A stretch of DNA of 33,721 nt from Deinococcales bacterium (GCA_043778225.1 JAYWGM010000033.1:1-33721), one strand, 5' to 3'. Numbered from the stretch's first letter, positions 19,998 to 29,710 are shown. Program-made: numbers and translations. The notes: generated by a model not told the origin, from the sequence alone.

Positions 19998-22900
19998 TTA
20001 GTTACCTGTAATGTTAATGTCGTCAATACCAACAAATTCGTCATTTCCGACAGCATTGGTAGTCATAATTCGTAGTTGTACTGTTGATTGTCCAAGCGCT
20101 CCAGCAGGTAAAGCAACACTGATGTTTGTTACTTGAGTAGCAGCATTGGCAGTCGTTGCATCAGCAATATATCCAGAGGCAATGTTGGTAAATGCTCCAC
20201 TGTTGCCGACACGATAGTGAAGCGCGACTTGTTGTACAGCATCATCAGCAGAGCCATCTATGTCGCGTACACTATAAGCAACATTGCCATTGCTACAGCT
20301 AAGGGTATTGATTGTTATAAGCAGATACGGCGCGTCGGCTGTTCCCGAGCCAGCTAGACCAACAACAGGGTTGGCAATTGCAAATTCTGCCACACCACCA
20401 GTGTTAAAGACGCTTGGGTCGGTCTGATTAGCGTTGACATCTAGCACGCCAGGAGTATCATCAGCCAATAGAGTTCGTGGGTCTGTACCTGTGCCAGCTG
20501 TGATGTTATCTCCACGATACCCCACAATATTGGATACGCCACTCCAATCGTCATTGGCTGTAATTAAGCCAGCATTTGACCAATTTTGCGTAAATGGTGT
20601 GACTAAAGCACAAACTGAAGCCGTAACCGTAATCGCACTCGAGCCACTAAGCGTTCCGGCATTAGCAGTGATGGTTGCACTACCTACGGCAGCGCCCGAA
20701 ACCAAACCAGTGGTATTGACTGTAGCAGCCACAGAACCACCATTTGACCAAGTAATGCTTGGGGTGGCACAACCGCTCGGTAAAAATGCTGCGGTCAGTT
20801 GTTGTGTAGCCCCAACGGTAATGCTGGCGGCGTTTGGCGTGACACTCAGGCTTGTACAAACAGGCACGACAACAATGCTAAAGCTGCTGCTCGAGGCAGT
20901 GGTTGTGCCGCTTGTGCCTTTGACGGTCAGAGGATACGTTCCAGCCGCCACAGTGTTGTCTAAATCTAGGGTCAGGGTACTGGTGTTGCCTGCGGTGTTG
21001 TTTGGCGAAAAGCTGCCAGTCACGCCACTTGGCGCGCCCTCTAGGGTCAGGGTAATTGGGTCTACAAAGCTGGTGCGGTTAATTGTGATGGTGCTGCTTG
21101 AGGAGGCAGCAATACCAGTCGTGAAACTCGAGCTACCAAGTGCGCCAGCACTGACGGTAAAACCCGGGGTAGCCGTTCCACCAAGGTTTAAGCCAACCAC
21201 CACTGGGTCGTGGTCGCTCGAGCGGTACGCATCGGCGGCATAAAGACTGGTGACCTGACCTGTTGATTTGAACTCAGTGTTGTAGTCCAAGATTATTGGC
21301 TCATCAGCGTTAATGTGGAGTTTTTCTGCACCAGCCACTTGTGCTGTTAAGGTGGCACTTCCTAAAGCATGGTCAAGGCTGCCCCATGTACCATCAAAGA
21401 CATAGGAATAACTGCTGCTTGGGTTGAGGTTGGTATAGCCAGCCGTCTCGAGTGTGGTCAGGGGTTGTTCTTTGTAGTAGGCGTTAAAGTCGCCCATCAG
21501 GAGGTAATCTGGGTCGGTTGTGCCAGTTGGGTTGGTGGCTAACCAGTTTTTGAGGTCGGTGGCATTCTGGGTACGCAGTAAGTTGGATAGCCCTTGCCCG
21601 TCACCTGAATCCGTGTTACCTGCACCACTGCCCGAGCCTTTAGACTTAAAGTGGTTCATCACAGCCGTAAAAACTTGGCTGTTGCTGATTTGGGTAAAGG
21701 TTGCGGCGACGGGGCTACGCCCTGTCCCACTCGAGCCAAAGGAGGAATATGTGGTTGTGTTTGGACTGGCGATTGTACCGAGCGTGACTGTACTTGGCTT
21801 ATAGATAAAGTCAACTTTAATTGCATCGCAGCCGTAACCGTTGGCTGGAGCGCTGGCGGCGGCGTATGTACCAGCACTTGTGGCGGTATTGAGTGCAGCA
21901 ACCAGGTCATTGATAGCCGTTGTGCCGTTGTTTTGCATTTCGATGACACCAAGCACATCGGGGTTAATTGCCAAAATAGCCTGTACAATTTTGTCTTTTT
22001 GGCGGGTAAATTCTTGGGCTGTATCCGCACCTCGAGCCGCTATGGTGTTGCTGCAACCAGCGCTGACAGTTGCAAAACTAGCTTGGTTGAGGGTTGTAAA
22101 AAAGTTCAAGACATTAAAGCTGGCAACTCGCAGCGTTCCGCCGACCGTGGGCGCAGTCGGACGAGCATTGACAGCTTGAAAATTAATTGCGGCTGTAGGC
22201 TGGATTCGGTATCCCTCGAACCGTTCGTCTAAAATCCCACTCAGATTGGCAACTGTGTCACCGCCGCGCAGTGTATTTGTTGCCGACAACGGATTACCGC
22301 CACGACCAAGCAAAATAGGGTCTGGGTTTTGTATCGAACGACCATCGTCCAGATAAATTTTGCGCTTGGCGATTTCGGCTAAATACGTCGCATAACCACT
22401 GACGCTCGGGGTGTTAAACTGGGTGTAGTTATCAAGCCTTGCATCTGTTCCGGTCGCATTGGATGCACCATCAGAAGACAGCACCACTTGTCCAAAACGC
22501 CCCAACTGAAAAATCTCGGTGACGGTCATGGTGTCTGGAATGCTGACCCGCATCCCTTCGTATTTCTCGAGGTCGGCAACGCTACTGACAGGGAAGTTGA
22601 CTTTAATGGCTTCGGGCAATTGGCGTGTGCCGCAGTTTTGCACCAAGGTCGGGCTGGTCAGTTGGGTCAAAGAACTGTTGACTGTCACGCCACCCGAAGC
22701 TGCACTCGAGGTAAATTCGGTTGGTGTGCCAGAGACCCGAATAAAATCGCCAGCCGCAACATCAGGAAAACTCGAGCCAAACACAAGAATGCCATCTGAC
22801 GTATTGGTATTACCATCGCCGTAGCGGTCTTGTAAGTAAAAGCCACTAAGGTTGGTGGTGGTGGTGATTGAGTTGACAGTTGTACTGACATCTTGAAAAT

Positions 22901-23924
22901 CGCCAGTCACCACACCTTCAACCGCGACCGTGCCTGTGGCGGCGGTGGTCGAACCTGAACCTTGAATTTGTGGAATTGTAGTGCTGACGCTACCCGTGTT
23001 GCAACTTGGCTCGAGTAAAAGCGCTGGCGTGGTGCTAATTTTAGCGTTACTCAAACGAATTTCACCTACCGTGGTATCGGTGTCTTGTCCAACTAAAACC
23101 ACTTGACTTGCTGCCAAGGCAGTGGCTCGAGCCGCCGCCGCCAGTGTGCTTTCTTCTGGGCTACGGCTGACTCGAGTATCGCTTTCGGTGGTAAGCACAA
23201 AAGTTGCCGAAAACCCGTAAGCAGTGTTGGCGCTGGCGCTTGGTATTTTATAGGCAACGGTCACTTGTCCTCGGTTGCAGTTGGCATCAGCAACGGTGTT
23301 GCAGTTGGCTGCGCCGATGGTGCGTCCGCCAGTTATTGCAAGGCTACGAGTTACAAATCCATACTCGAGTACACGGTCATTGCTCGAGATAATGCTGGCA
23401 GTTTGGGATTGGGTCTGGACTCCTGCTGCTTCGCTGGTTTGGAAAACTTGGAGGTCTTCACGTCCTGCCACAATACTCACTGTGCCATTGCCGCTCATGC
23501 CATGTGTGGGCAGTAAACTCTGGGCATTTTGAGCATCGTTGACATTGCCCCCAGCAAAATTAACAAGGTTCTTGATGGCTGTGCCACCTTTGTTATTGGC
23601 ACTTTGATGGTAGGCATAAAGAGTCAGGTTATTGAGGGCGGTGTTGGTCGTGTTGGTAAAAGCAAAAGTCCGCAGAATGTACTTAAAGTTGCTGTCGAAT
23701 GCAACTGAAGCGGCGGGTGTGACATTGGTATTAAATGAATCAAAAGCAACAACCGAATCTGGCTGAACTGTACTGATTTGCGGCGTAAGGCTGCCGCCAC
23801 CAAAAGACAATTCAACTGCACCAAAGGGTTTGACAGTTTGCACAGGCTTTTGTGGGGCAAGTTGGGTACAAGCGGTGATGATGGCTGAGGCAATCAAAGC
23901 CGTTAAAACTCGAGGCGTATTCAT
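19998..23924 (-). CDS. ExeM/NucH-family extracellular endonuclease lipoprotein with Ig-like domains
   Basis: Lipobox IITAC; OB fold (IPQIQG, GFYLQD, LEKYEGMRV); EEP domain (SFNVLNF, NHFKSK, GDFNAY, SLDH, SSDHDPV); Big_2-like LSVTP...ITVGATQQLTA. Confidence 0.92.
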   Translation of the reverse strand: MNTPRVLTALIASAIITACTQLAPQKPVQTVKPFGAVELSFGGGSLTPQISTVQPDSVVAFDSFNTNVTPAASVAFDSNFKYILRTFAFTNTTNTALNNLTLYAYHQSANNKGGTAIKNLVNFAGGNVNDAQNAQSLLPTHGMSGNGTVSIVAGREDLQVFQTSEAAGVQTQSQTASIISSNDRVLEYGFVTRSLAITGGRTIGAANCNTVADANCNRGQVTVAYKIPSASANTAYGFSATFVLTTESDTRVSRSPEESTLAAAARATALAASQVVLVGQDTDTTVGEIRLSNAKISTTPALLLEPSCNTGSVSTTIPQIQGSGSTTAATGTVAVEGVVTGDFQDVSTTVNSITTTTNLSGFYLQDRYGDGNTNTSDGILVFGSSFPDVAAGDFIRVSGTPTEFTSSAASGGVTVNSSLTQLTSPTLVQNCGTRQLPEAIKVNFPVSSVADLEKYEGMRVSIPDTMTVTEIFQLGRFGQVVLSSDGASNATGTDARLDNYTQFNTPSVSGYATYLAEIAKRKIYLDDGRSIQNPDPILLGRGGNPLSATNTLRGGDTVANLSGILDERFEGYRIQPTAAINFQAVNARPTAPTVGGTLRVASFNVLNFFTTLNQASFATVSAGCSNTIAARGADTAQEFTRQKDKIVQAILAINPDVLGVIEMQNNGTTAINDLVAALNTATSAGTYAAASAPANGYGCDAIKVDFIYKPSTVTLGTIASPNTTTYSSFGSSGTGRSPVAATFTQISNSQVFTAVMNHFKSKGSGSGAGNTDSGDGQGLSNLLRTQNATDLKNWLATNPTGTTDPDYLLMGDFNAYYKEQPLTTLETAGYTNLNPSSSYSYVFDGTWGSLDHALGSATLTAQVAGAEKLHINADEPIILDYNTEFKSTGQVTSLYAADAYRSSDHDPVVVGLNLGGTATPGFTVSAGALGSSSFTTGIAASSSSTITINRTSFVDPITLTLEGAPSGVTGSFSPNNTAGNTSTLTLDLDNTVAAGTYPLTVKGTSGTTTASSSSFSIVVVPVCTSLSVTPNAASITVGATQQLTAAFLPSGCATPSITWSNGGSVAATVNTTGLVSGAAVGSATITANAGTLSGSSAITVTASVCALVTPFTQNWSNAGLITANDDWSGVSNIVGYRGDNITAGTGTDPRTLLADDTPGVLDVNANQTDPSVFNTGGVAEFAIANPVVGLAGSGTADAPYLLITINTLSCSNGNVAYSVRDIDGSADDAVQQVALHYRVGNSGAFTNIASGYIADATTANAATQVTNISVALPAGALGQSTVQLRIMTTNAVGNDEFVGIDDINITGN

Positions 23925-24085
23925 GGTTGTTCCTCCAAAAAGTCGCCGCTCAATGTGTTGAATGGCGTGGTTACCCCTGTGCTAATGACCCAAGATTGAT
24001 GTTGCTCGAGTTTTGGTACGGTATAAGTCTTTTTGGCAGCCAAAACAAGCTGCACAGGGTCGGCTGTGTTTAATTTGGTATTCAT
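23921..24085 (-). CDS. Unannotated 54-aa peptide with YxxPxL leader-like motif
   Basis: AGGAG RBS at 24090-24094; MNTKLNTADPVQLVLAAKKTYTVPKLEQHQSWVISTGVTTPFNTLSGDFLEEQP; the stop overlaps the nuclease start (ATGA). Confidence 0.75.
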   Translation of the reverse strand: MNTKLNTADPVQLVLAAKKTYTVPKLEQHQSWVISTGVTTPFNTLSGDFLEEQP

Positions 24086-24159
24086 TTTTCTCCTAGATGG
24101 GTTGCCCCATACAGGCAGACTTATATCGGGCTTATGTCAGCCTAAGTTCAGTTCTCATC

Positions 24160-24223
24160 TTGTACCCGAAGCCAAGCCGATGTCGCTCCTCGAAGCCAAG
24201 CCGACGTTGTACCTCGAGCCAAG
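24160..24223. repeat. Three degenerate ~24-bp direct repeats
   Basis: CGAAGCCAAGCCGA at 24167 and 24191; CGAGCCAAG at 24215. Confidence 0.65.
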
Positions 24224-24234
24224 TAGAATGGCGT

Positions 24235-24486
24235 ATGGATTATCCAATCTCTGGCGTTTACGAACACCACAAAAGCACCCCAGAAGCCCGTAGGTATTAC
24301 CAAGTCTTGGGTTGTGCTAAACACACCGAAAGCGGCGAGGAATTGGTGGTTTACGTTCCGTTGTATGTCATCCCAGAACACACCGGGCTGCGTTTACAGG
24401 TACGACCAGTTGCCATGTTTCTCGAGCAAGTACAAAAAAATGGCGTTCTTGTGCCGCGTTTTGCCTATATTGGGGTAGCCTTGTAG
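24235..24486 (+). CDS. DUF1653-family protein
   Basis: G.Y.H.K...Y.V...A.HTES.E.LVVY..LY...RP..MF...V....PRF; TAGAAT 5 nt before ATG 24235. Confidence 0.8.
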   Translation: MDYPISGVYEHHKSTPEARRYYQVLGCAKHTESGEELVVYVPLYVIPEHTGLRLQVRPVAMFLEQVQKNGVLVPRFAYIGVAL

Positions 24487-24542
24487 GCTCGAGGTAACAC
24501 AAAGTCTGGTTTTCGTCGTAGACTGTATAAAAAGGGGGCTTT

Positions 24543-25724
24543 ATGACTCAACCCGCGCAGGAACTGACCATCGTTGAAATTCTCAAGTATTCCGTCGAGC
24601 GCAATGCTTCGGATATTATTCTCACGGCTGGATTGCCACCGCAGTACAAAGTACATGGTGAATGGGGCAATGGCGAGAACACCAACCCGCTGACCGCCCA
24701 AGAAACCCGCCGTTTGATGTACTCAATCATGAACGAAAAGCAACAGCGCAACTTCGAGGAAAAACGCGATATTGACTTGTCGTTTGCCTCAACTGGCATC
24801 GGCGGACGCTTTCGGGTCAATGTTTTTTTTCAGCGTGGCTCGGTCGGTGGGGTCTTGCGGCTGATTCCAACCAAGACCCGTCCAATCGAAGAGTTGGGTA
24901 TCCCCAAGGAAATTCTGATTCAAATCTCGAGCCTGCCGCGTGGTCTGGTGCTGGTGACCGGTCCGACAGGTTCGGGCAAAAGCACAACTTTGGCTTCGAT
25001 GATTGACTGGATTAACACCAACAAGAAAAAACACATTGTGACGATCGAAGACCCGGTAGAATTTGCCCATTCACACAAAAGCAGTATCGTCAATCAGCGC
25101 GAAATTGGACCAGACACCCAAGATTTCGAGATGGCGCTTAGGGCAGTTTTGCGCCAAGCCCCAGATGTGATTCTGGTTGGAGAGATGCGCGACTTTGAAA
25201 CGATTCGCAGTGCCGTCACGGCTGCCGAAACCGGACACTTGGTGATGGGAACATTGCACACCAACAGCGCCCCAGAAGCGATTGACCGTATTGTGGATGT
25301 TTTCCCCGAGGAACAACAAGAACAGATTCGAGTCCAGCTTGCCAACAACCTGAGCGCTATTGTGACCCAGCAAATGTTGCCCAAAATCAGTGGTGACGGG
25401 CGCTTGGTGGCTTACGAAATCATGATTGCCACGCCAGCCGTGCGAGCCTTAATCCGCGAAGGTAAATCCTACCAGTTGACCAGTGTGATTCAAACCGGTG
25501 CTTCGCTCGGAATGCTGACCATGGATGCTTGCCTTGCCGATATGTACAAAAAGAAAATGATCACTTACGAAGTTGGCGAATCTCGAGCCGTTGACCCCAA
25601 GGAATACACCCGTTTGGCTAAACTTGGCGAGACGCTGCCCGGGCAGCGTCCGGCGGTCGGGGCGCAACCTCAAGCCCCACAAGCCCAGCAACCCGCTTCG
25701 CCCAGTGGTTTTGGACGGCGCTAA
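24543..25724 (+). CDS. pilT: Type IV pilus retraction ATPase
   Basis: GPTGSGKSTT, TIEDPVE, LRQAPDVILVGEMRD, TLHTNS, AVRALIRE. Confidence 0.93.
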   Translation: MTQPAQELTIVEILKYSVERNASDIILTAGLPPQYKVHGEWGNGENTNPLTAQETRRLMYSIMNEKQQRNFEEKRDIDLSFASTGIGGRFRVNVFFQRGSVGGVLRLIPTKTRPIEELGIPKEILIQISSLPRGLVLVTGPTGSGKSTTLASMIDWINTNKKKHIVTIEDPVEFAHSHKSSIVNQREIGPDTQDFEMALRAVLRQAPDVILVGEMRDFETIRSAVTAAETGHLVMGTLHTNSAPEAIDRIVDVFPEEQQEQIRVQLANNLSAIVTQQMLPKISGDGRLVAYEIMIATPAVRALIREGKSYQLTSVIQTGASLGMLTMDACLADMYKKKMITYEVGESRAVDPKEYTRLAKLGETLPGQRPAVGAQPQAPQAQQPASPSGFGRR

Positions 25725-25735
25725 AATTATCCAGA

Positions 25736-25767
25736 AAAGCGACAGCCCAATTTAGGGCTGTCGCTTT
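25736..25767 (+). terminator. Terminator after pilT
   Basis: AAAGCGACAGCCC-AATTTA-GGGCTGTCGCTTT. Confidence 0.75.
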
Positions 25768-25805
25768 CATATGCTTTAAGGATTGCTGTGGTTTAATCCA
25801 AACCG

Positions 25806-26972
25806 ATGCTTGGTATGATTCACGCGCCAGAAGCCCCGATTTTTAAGGCGTTGTTGATTTTAGCCACACTGGTACTGCTTGGGGCTGGCTTGGTTGGGCG
25901 CTATCTCGAGCCGCGTTTTGCTAAACAGTTGCGCCTGATAATTAATCTGGCTGCGCCGTTTTTGATTGTCTCGAGCTTGGTGGATGTGGGTTTTACGGCT
26001 TGGCGAGCGCTTTTAGAACTCAATCCCTATTTGTACGGAGCATACATGACTGCCAGCCGACACGGGCAGTGGGTCATGGCTCGAGTTGCCGCCGCCTGCG
26101 CTTTGTGGTGGCTTTCCAGCACTTCTCGAGTTCGTTTTGACAAGTATTTACACGCTTTGGCGTGCTTGGTTTTGGGTTGTAGTTTATCCATGACAACCCA
26201 CAGTGGCGCAACGGGCGAAGTGCTGCCAGTCTTTGGCGATTTGCTGCATTTATTTTCGATGATTGTCTGGGTCAGCAGTGTGGCGGTGTTGGCACTTGGC
26301 AAGTTTGTAGCTCGAGATGGGGTTGTGGCGGCGACTCGAGTCTCGAGTATTGCCGCTTGGTGTGTTGGTTTACTGACCTTAACGGGGATTTATCAAAGCC
26401 TGATTAAACTCTGGTCGCCCGCCCTGTTGGTCGAAACACAGTACGGCACAACTTTAACGATTAAACTTTTACTCTATGCCGTTGTGCTGGCTTTTGCAGC
26501 CATCAACCGATTTTATTGGCTGCCACAACTTTCAAAGCGGCAGAATTTATTTGGGCGTTTTCAGAGTGCCACCCGAATTGAACTCACCTTACTTGTGACC
26601 GTACTTTTTGCTACTGCAACGCTTGGCAGTACCGCCCCACCAGAACGCGATGTGCGGCTGGTTGCGCCAGTTGTGGTCAAAGAAACTAAGGGGGTCTGGA
26701 CACTGACCGCTAATGCCACCACGCCTGCAATTGGTGGCTTACGGCTCGAGTTTAAGATTACTGGGCAAAATGGCTATAAGCTCGAGTTAGATGCCCGAGT
26801 GGATGTCAATCTTTTTATGTCGGCAGATGGCATGACAATAGCCCAAAACCCAACAAGGCGCAAAGATGGTTCTTATTTCCTCGAGACTCGGCTAGGAATG
26901 CCGGGCGAATGGAATATCCAAATTAAAGTACCTGGTGCAAGTTGGCGCATTCCACTTCGATTTAAGGATTGA
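25806..26972 (+). CDS. CopD-family membrane protein with a C-terminal FixH/YtkA-like domain
   Basis: Multiple TM helices, TTHS, LHL...W, LTG, T.YG..L..KL; MPGEWNI tail. Confidence 0.8.
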   Translation: MLGMIHAPEAPIFKALLILATLVLLGAGLVGRYLEPRFAKQLRLIINLAAPFLIVSSLVDVGFTAWRALLELNPYLYGAYMTASRHGQWVMARVAAACALWWLSSTSRVRFDKYLHALACLVLGCSLSMTTHSGATGEVLPVFGDLLHLFSMIVWVSSVAVLALGKFVARDGVVAATRVSSIAAWCVGLLTLTGIYQSLIKLWSPALLVETQYGTTLTIKLLLYAVVLAFAAINRFYWLPQLSKRQNLFGRFQSATRIELTLLVTVLFATATLGSTAPPERDVRLVAPVVVKETKGVWTLTANATTPAIGGLRLEFKITGQNGYKLELDARVDVNLFMSADGMTIAQNPTRRKDGSYFLETRLGMPGEWNIQIKVPGASWRIPLRFKD

Positions 26973-27030
26973 ATCGATTCCTAAGGATTGATTTCATCTT
27001 GCAGTGCTACACTGCTGCCAGAGGTGCGCC

Positions 27031-27324
27031 ATGGCAACCATCAGCTTCTTAAAAAATAATCAACCGCTTATCCTCGAGAACATCGAACTGGCACTCGAGA
27101 CAATCCAGACTTGGGCAGAAAGAAATGGCTTTGATAGCATGACCCTACACCTCGAGTCCGACCATAAACTGATGGTGCAACTTGGTACAGAAGCCCCGCT
27201 TTCTAATTGGTTAGAGCTGTCGGCTTTACAAAATAACGATACCGAAGCGATTGAGGATTTACTCGATTTTGTGCGCGGTGAGTATCGTCGGCGCTTGGCG
27301 GGTTATGGCAAATTTGACCGATGA
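27031..27324 (+). CDS. Hypothetical protein
   Basis: GAGG RBS before ATG 27031; ATGA overlap with tsaD. Confidence 0.7.
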   Translation: MATISFLKNNQPLILENIELALETIQTWAERNGFDSMTLHLESDHKLMVQLGTEAPLSNWLELSALQNNDTEAIEDLLDFVRGEYRRRLAGYGKFDR

Positions 27325-28316
27325 TTGTACTGGGCATCGATACAAGTTGTGATGACACTGGCGTGGGAATTGTCCAAGACGGCAAAATCCTTGCCAACGT
27401 GATTGCCTCGCAAAGCCTGCACCGAGCTTTTGGCGGCATCATGCCCGAATTGGCATCTCGAGCGCATTTAGAAAGCATTGACCAAGTGGTACAACTGGCG
27501 CTGTCGGATGCCAAGCTAAAACTCGAAGACATGGATGTGATTGCTGCCACGCGAGGACCCGGCTTAGCGGGGTCGCTTTTGGTTGGCTTTGTCTATGCCA
27601 AGGGTTTAGCCTTTGGCACGGGTAAAACTTTTTATGCGATGCACCACCTTGAGGGACATATCCAAAGTGCCATTGCCAGTCAGCCAGACCTCGAGCCACC
27701 CTTTTTAGCCCTGATTGCCTCAGGTGGACACACCCATTTATTTGATTGCCAAATTGCTGGGCAGTACAGTTTAATTGGTGCAACCCGTGACGATGCCGCC
27801 GGCGAAGCCTTTGATAAAGTGGCGCGGCTGCTTGAGCTTGGTTTCCCCGGCGGACCGGCGATTGCTAAAGCAGCCCTTGTAGGCAACGACCACGCTTATC
27901 CATTTACAATTCCGCTTTTAGGGCAGACGGGTTTTGACTTTTCGTACAGTGGAATTAAAAACCAAGCACGGTTAGCCGTCGAAGCCCGAAACACGGGCAA
28001 GCTCAAGATAAGCATCCCCGATTTAGCCGCCAGTTTTGAACGAATTATGGTCGAGAGTCTGGTCAAAACCACGCTTAGGGCAGCCAAAGCCCACTCGAGA
28101 AGCACAGTTGTGGTGGCGGGTGGTGTGGCAGCCAATCAGCGTTTGCGCCGTGTGTTTGCTGCTGGTGTGGCTCGAGTAATTTTTCCACCCGCCCTGTTAA
28201 ACACTGATAATGGCGCAATGATTGCACTGGCTGGCTGGCTGAGGGCTGTTCGCCAAGAGCCAGCCGACGGTCTAGGGCTGGGGGTTTTACCCACTTGGGC
28301 ATTGGCAACACCTTAA
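27321..28316 (+). CDS. tsaD: tRNA t6A37 threonylcarbamoyltransferase
   Basis: LGIDTSCDDT, GG.MPELASRAH, HHLEGH, SGGHT, DDAAGEAFDK, TDNGAMI. Confidence 0.96.
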   Translation: MIVLGIDTSCDDTGVGIVQDGKILANVIASQSLHRAFGGIMPELASRAHLESIDQVVQLALSDAKLKLEDMDVIAATRGPGLAGSLLVGFVYAKGLAFGTGKTFYAMHHLEGHIQSAIASQPDLEPPFLALIASGGHTHLFDCQIAGQYSLIGATRDDAAGEAFDKVARLLELGFPGGPAIAKAALVGNDHAYPFTIPLLGQTGFDFSYSGIKNQARLAVEARNTGKLKISIPDLAASFERIMVESLVKTTLRAAKAHSRSTVVVAGGVAANQRLRRVFAAGVARVIFPPALLNTDNGAMIALAGWLRAVRQEPADGLGLGVLPTWALATP

Positions 28317-28759
28317 AAGCTATTTTCTAAGGTCTCGATGGCTTTTGTCACTCGTTTGGCTCGAGTCTCGGGGTTTTTTGTACCCTCGACCGATAGCGTA
28401 TGAATCCGCTTTTGGCTATACGATAAGGCTTCAAATTTTGCTTTGGCGTTTGCATTTTGCTCGAGTGCTAAGGCTAAATCGGCGGGTAGCTCGAGAATTC
28501 GCGGCTCGGTATCCAACTCAAGGCTGACCGTGATATTGTCGCCGCCTTTAACTTTTGCGCCAAGGCGGTGTTCGGCACTGACTGGAATCATAAATTTACT
28601 GCCCATCACAGCAATTGTGCTGCGGTATGAATAGCCATTTACGGTCACTTTTACGGCTGGCTTTTTGCTCGGGCTTAGGCTGGTCACAATTTCGTTTGGT
28701 ACTTCGATGCCTGTGGCGGTTTTTCCTGCTTGGATTAAAATGGTTTGGAAAGTTTTCAT
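28313..28759 (-). CDS. DUF1905 + YdeI/OmpD-associated domain protein
   Basis: V..TVNGYSYRS, LP.DL..AL...F..LSYS...K.PETR..R; ATGA-coupled to the upstream gene. Confidence 0.85.
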   Translation of the reverse strand: MKTFQTILIQAGKTATGIEVPNEIVTSLSPSKKPAVKVTVNGYSYRSTIAVMGSKFMIPVSAEHRLGAKVKGGDNITVSLELDTEPRILELPADLALALEQNANAKAKFEALSYSQKRIHTLSVEGTKNPETRAKRVTKAIETLENSF

Positions 28760-29157
28760 TGCAGATACTCGGGATTCATCCACATCACTTCCCAAATATG
28801 ACCATCGAGGTCTTGGAAACCATGCTGGTACATAAAACCATGGTCTTTGGCTTGGTTGTAGGTATTTCCGCCGGCTGCCACAGCTTTTGCGACCATGGTT
28901 TCAACTTCGGCTCGAGATTCGCAAGACAACGCCACCAGCACCTCGGTGCTGACTCGAGCATTGCTAATCGCGTTTGGCGTAAAGGTCTGGAAAAATGGCT
29001 CGGTCACCAGCATCGCAAAGATATTTTCTTCAATCACCATACAGGCTGCCGCCTCGTTGGTAAATTGGGCGTTGTAGGAAAACCCCAAGGCACGAAAAAA
29101 GGCTTGGGAGGCTTCTAAATTCTTGACGGGTAAATTCACAAAAATATTTCTTGGCAT
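28756..29157 (-). CDS. VOC/glyoxalase family protein
   Basis: IFVNLPVKNL...FF.ALGF, GFMY...F.DLDGH.WE. Confidence 0.9.
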   Translation of the reverse strand: MPRNIFVNLPVKNLEASQAFFRALGFSYNAQFTNEAAACMVIEENIFAMLVTEPFFQTFTPNAISNARVSTEVLVALSCESRAEVETMVAKAVAAGGNTYNQAKDHGFMYQHGFQDLDGHIWEVMWMNPEYLQ

Positions 29158-29164
29158 GGTTCTC

Positions 29165-29710
29165 CTATTTGATGGCGCTGTAGGCTTGCTCGAGCCACCC
29201 GAGTAATTCGGTGTCTATTTCGGTGGTGTGACTAATTCCAACGCGGTGTGTGACCATGTTGTTCCAAGTTCCAGCCAACTCGAGACGTGGTGTGGCAGCC
29301 ATGTTTTTGAATTTAATGCCAATCTCGAGTCGGTCTTTACTCGATGGCTGGACAATGCCAAATTTCTTATTGTTTTTCAGTAAACTGATGTAGCTGTTGG
29401 TTGGCGCAAGGGTCACATCTGGGGCAAAGATTTTTATTTTCTCGAGCAGTACCTCAAAGGTTTCACGCCAGACCGCTTTTGTGCCAGTAAAGACTTGCTC
29501 GAGTCGGTCGTCGGGGCTGGGTCTGCCTGATTCAAGGGTTTTTAGTACGGCTGCAATCGCATTGGCGTGTCCGTGACCTAAACCAAAGTCGGCTTTGAGC
29601 CAAGCAATAATCTCGCCATGCTTGGTTAAACCTTTTTCGGTGGCAATGACCTGAAAATCGGCTGGGGTTTTACCCGTTTTGGCTTTGATGCTGTCTAAGT
29701 AGGCTTGCAT
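29165..29710 (-). CDS. DUF4287 + DUF5655 domain protein
   Basis: QAYLD.I..KTGK, WLK.DFGLGHGHANA; C-terminal ID.EL..WL..AY; AGGAG RBS. Confidence 0.8.
   Translation of the reverse strand: MQAYLDSIKAKTGKTPADFQVIATEKGLTKHGEIIAWLKADFGLGHGHANAIAAVLKTLESGRPSPDDRLEQVFTGTKAVWRETFEVLLEKIKIFAPDVTLAPTNSYISLLKNNKKFGIVQPSSKDRLEIGIKFKNMAATPRLELAGTWNNMVTHRVGISHTTEIDTELLGWLEQAYSAIK

Noticed and set aside
19998..20630. C-terminal nuclease domain lacking CTCGAG as evidence of recent domain capture
   Set aside because: A gap of similar length occurs in native acs, so it is not significant by eye
24160..24223. Possible mini-CRISPR array
   Set aside because: Period is only 24 bp, the repeats are degenerate, there are no spacer-length unique segments and no cas genes
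26964..26991. TAAGGATTGA direct repeat after the CopD gene as a target-site duplication
   Set aside because: Only about 9 nt separate the copies and no mobile element is present
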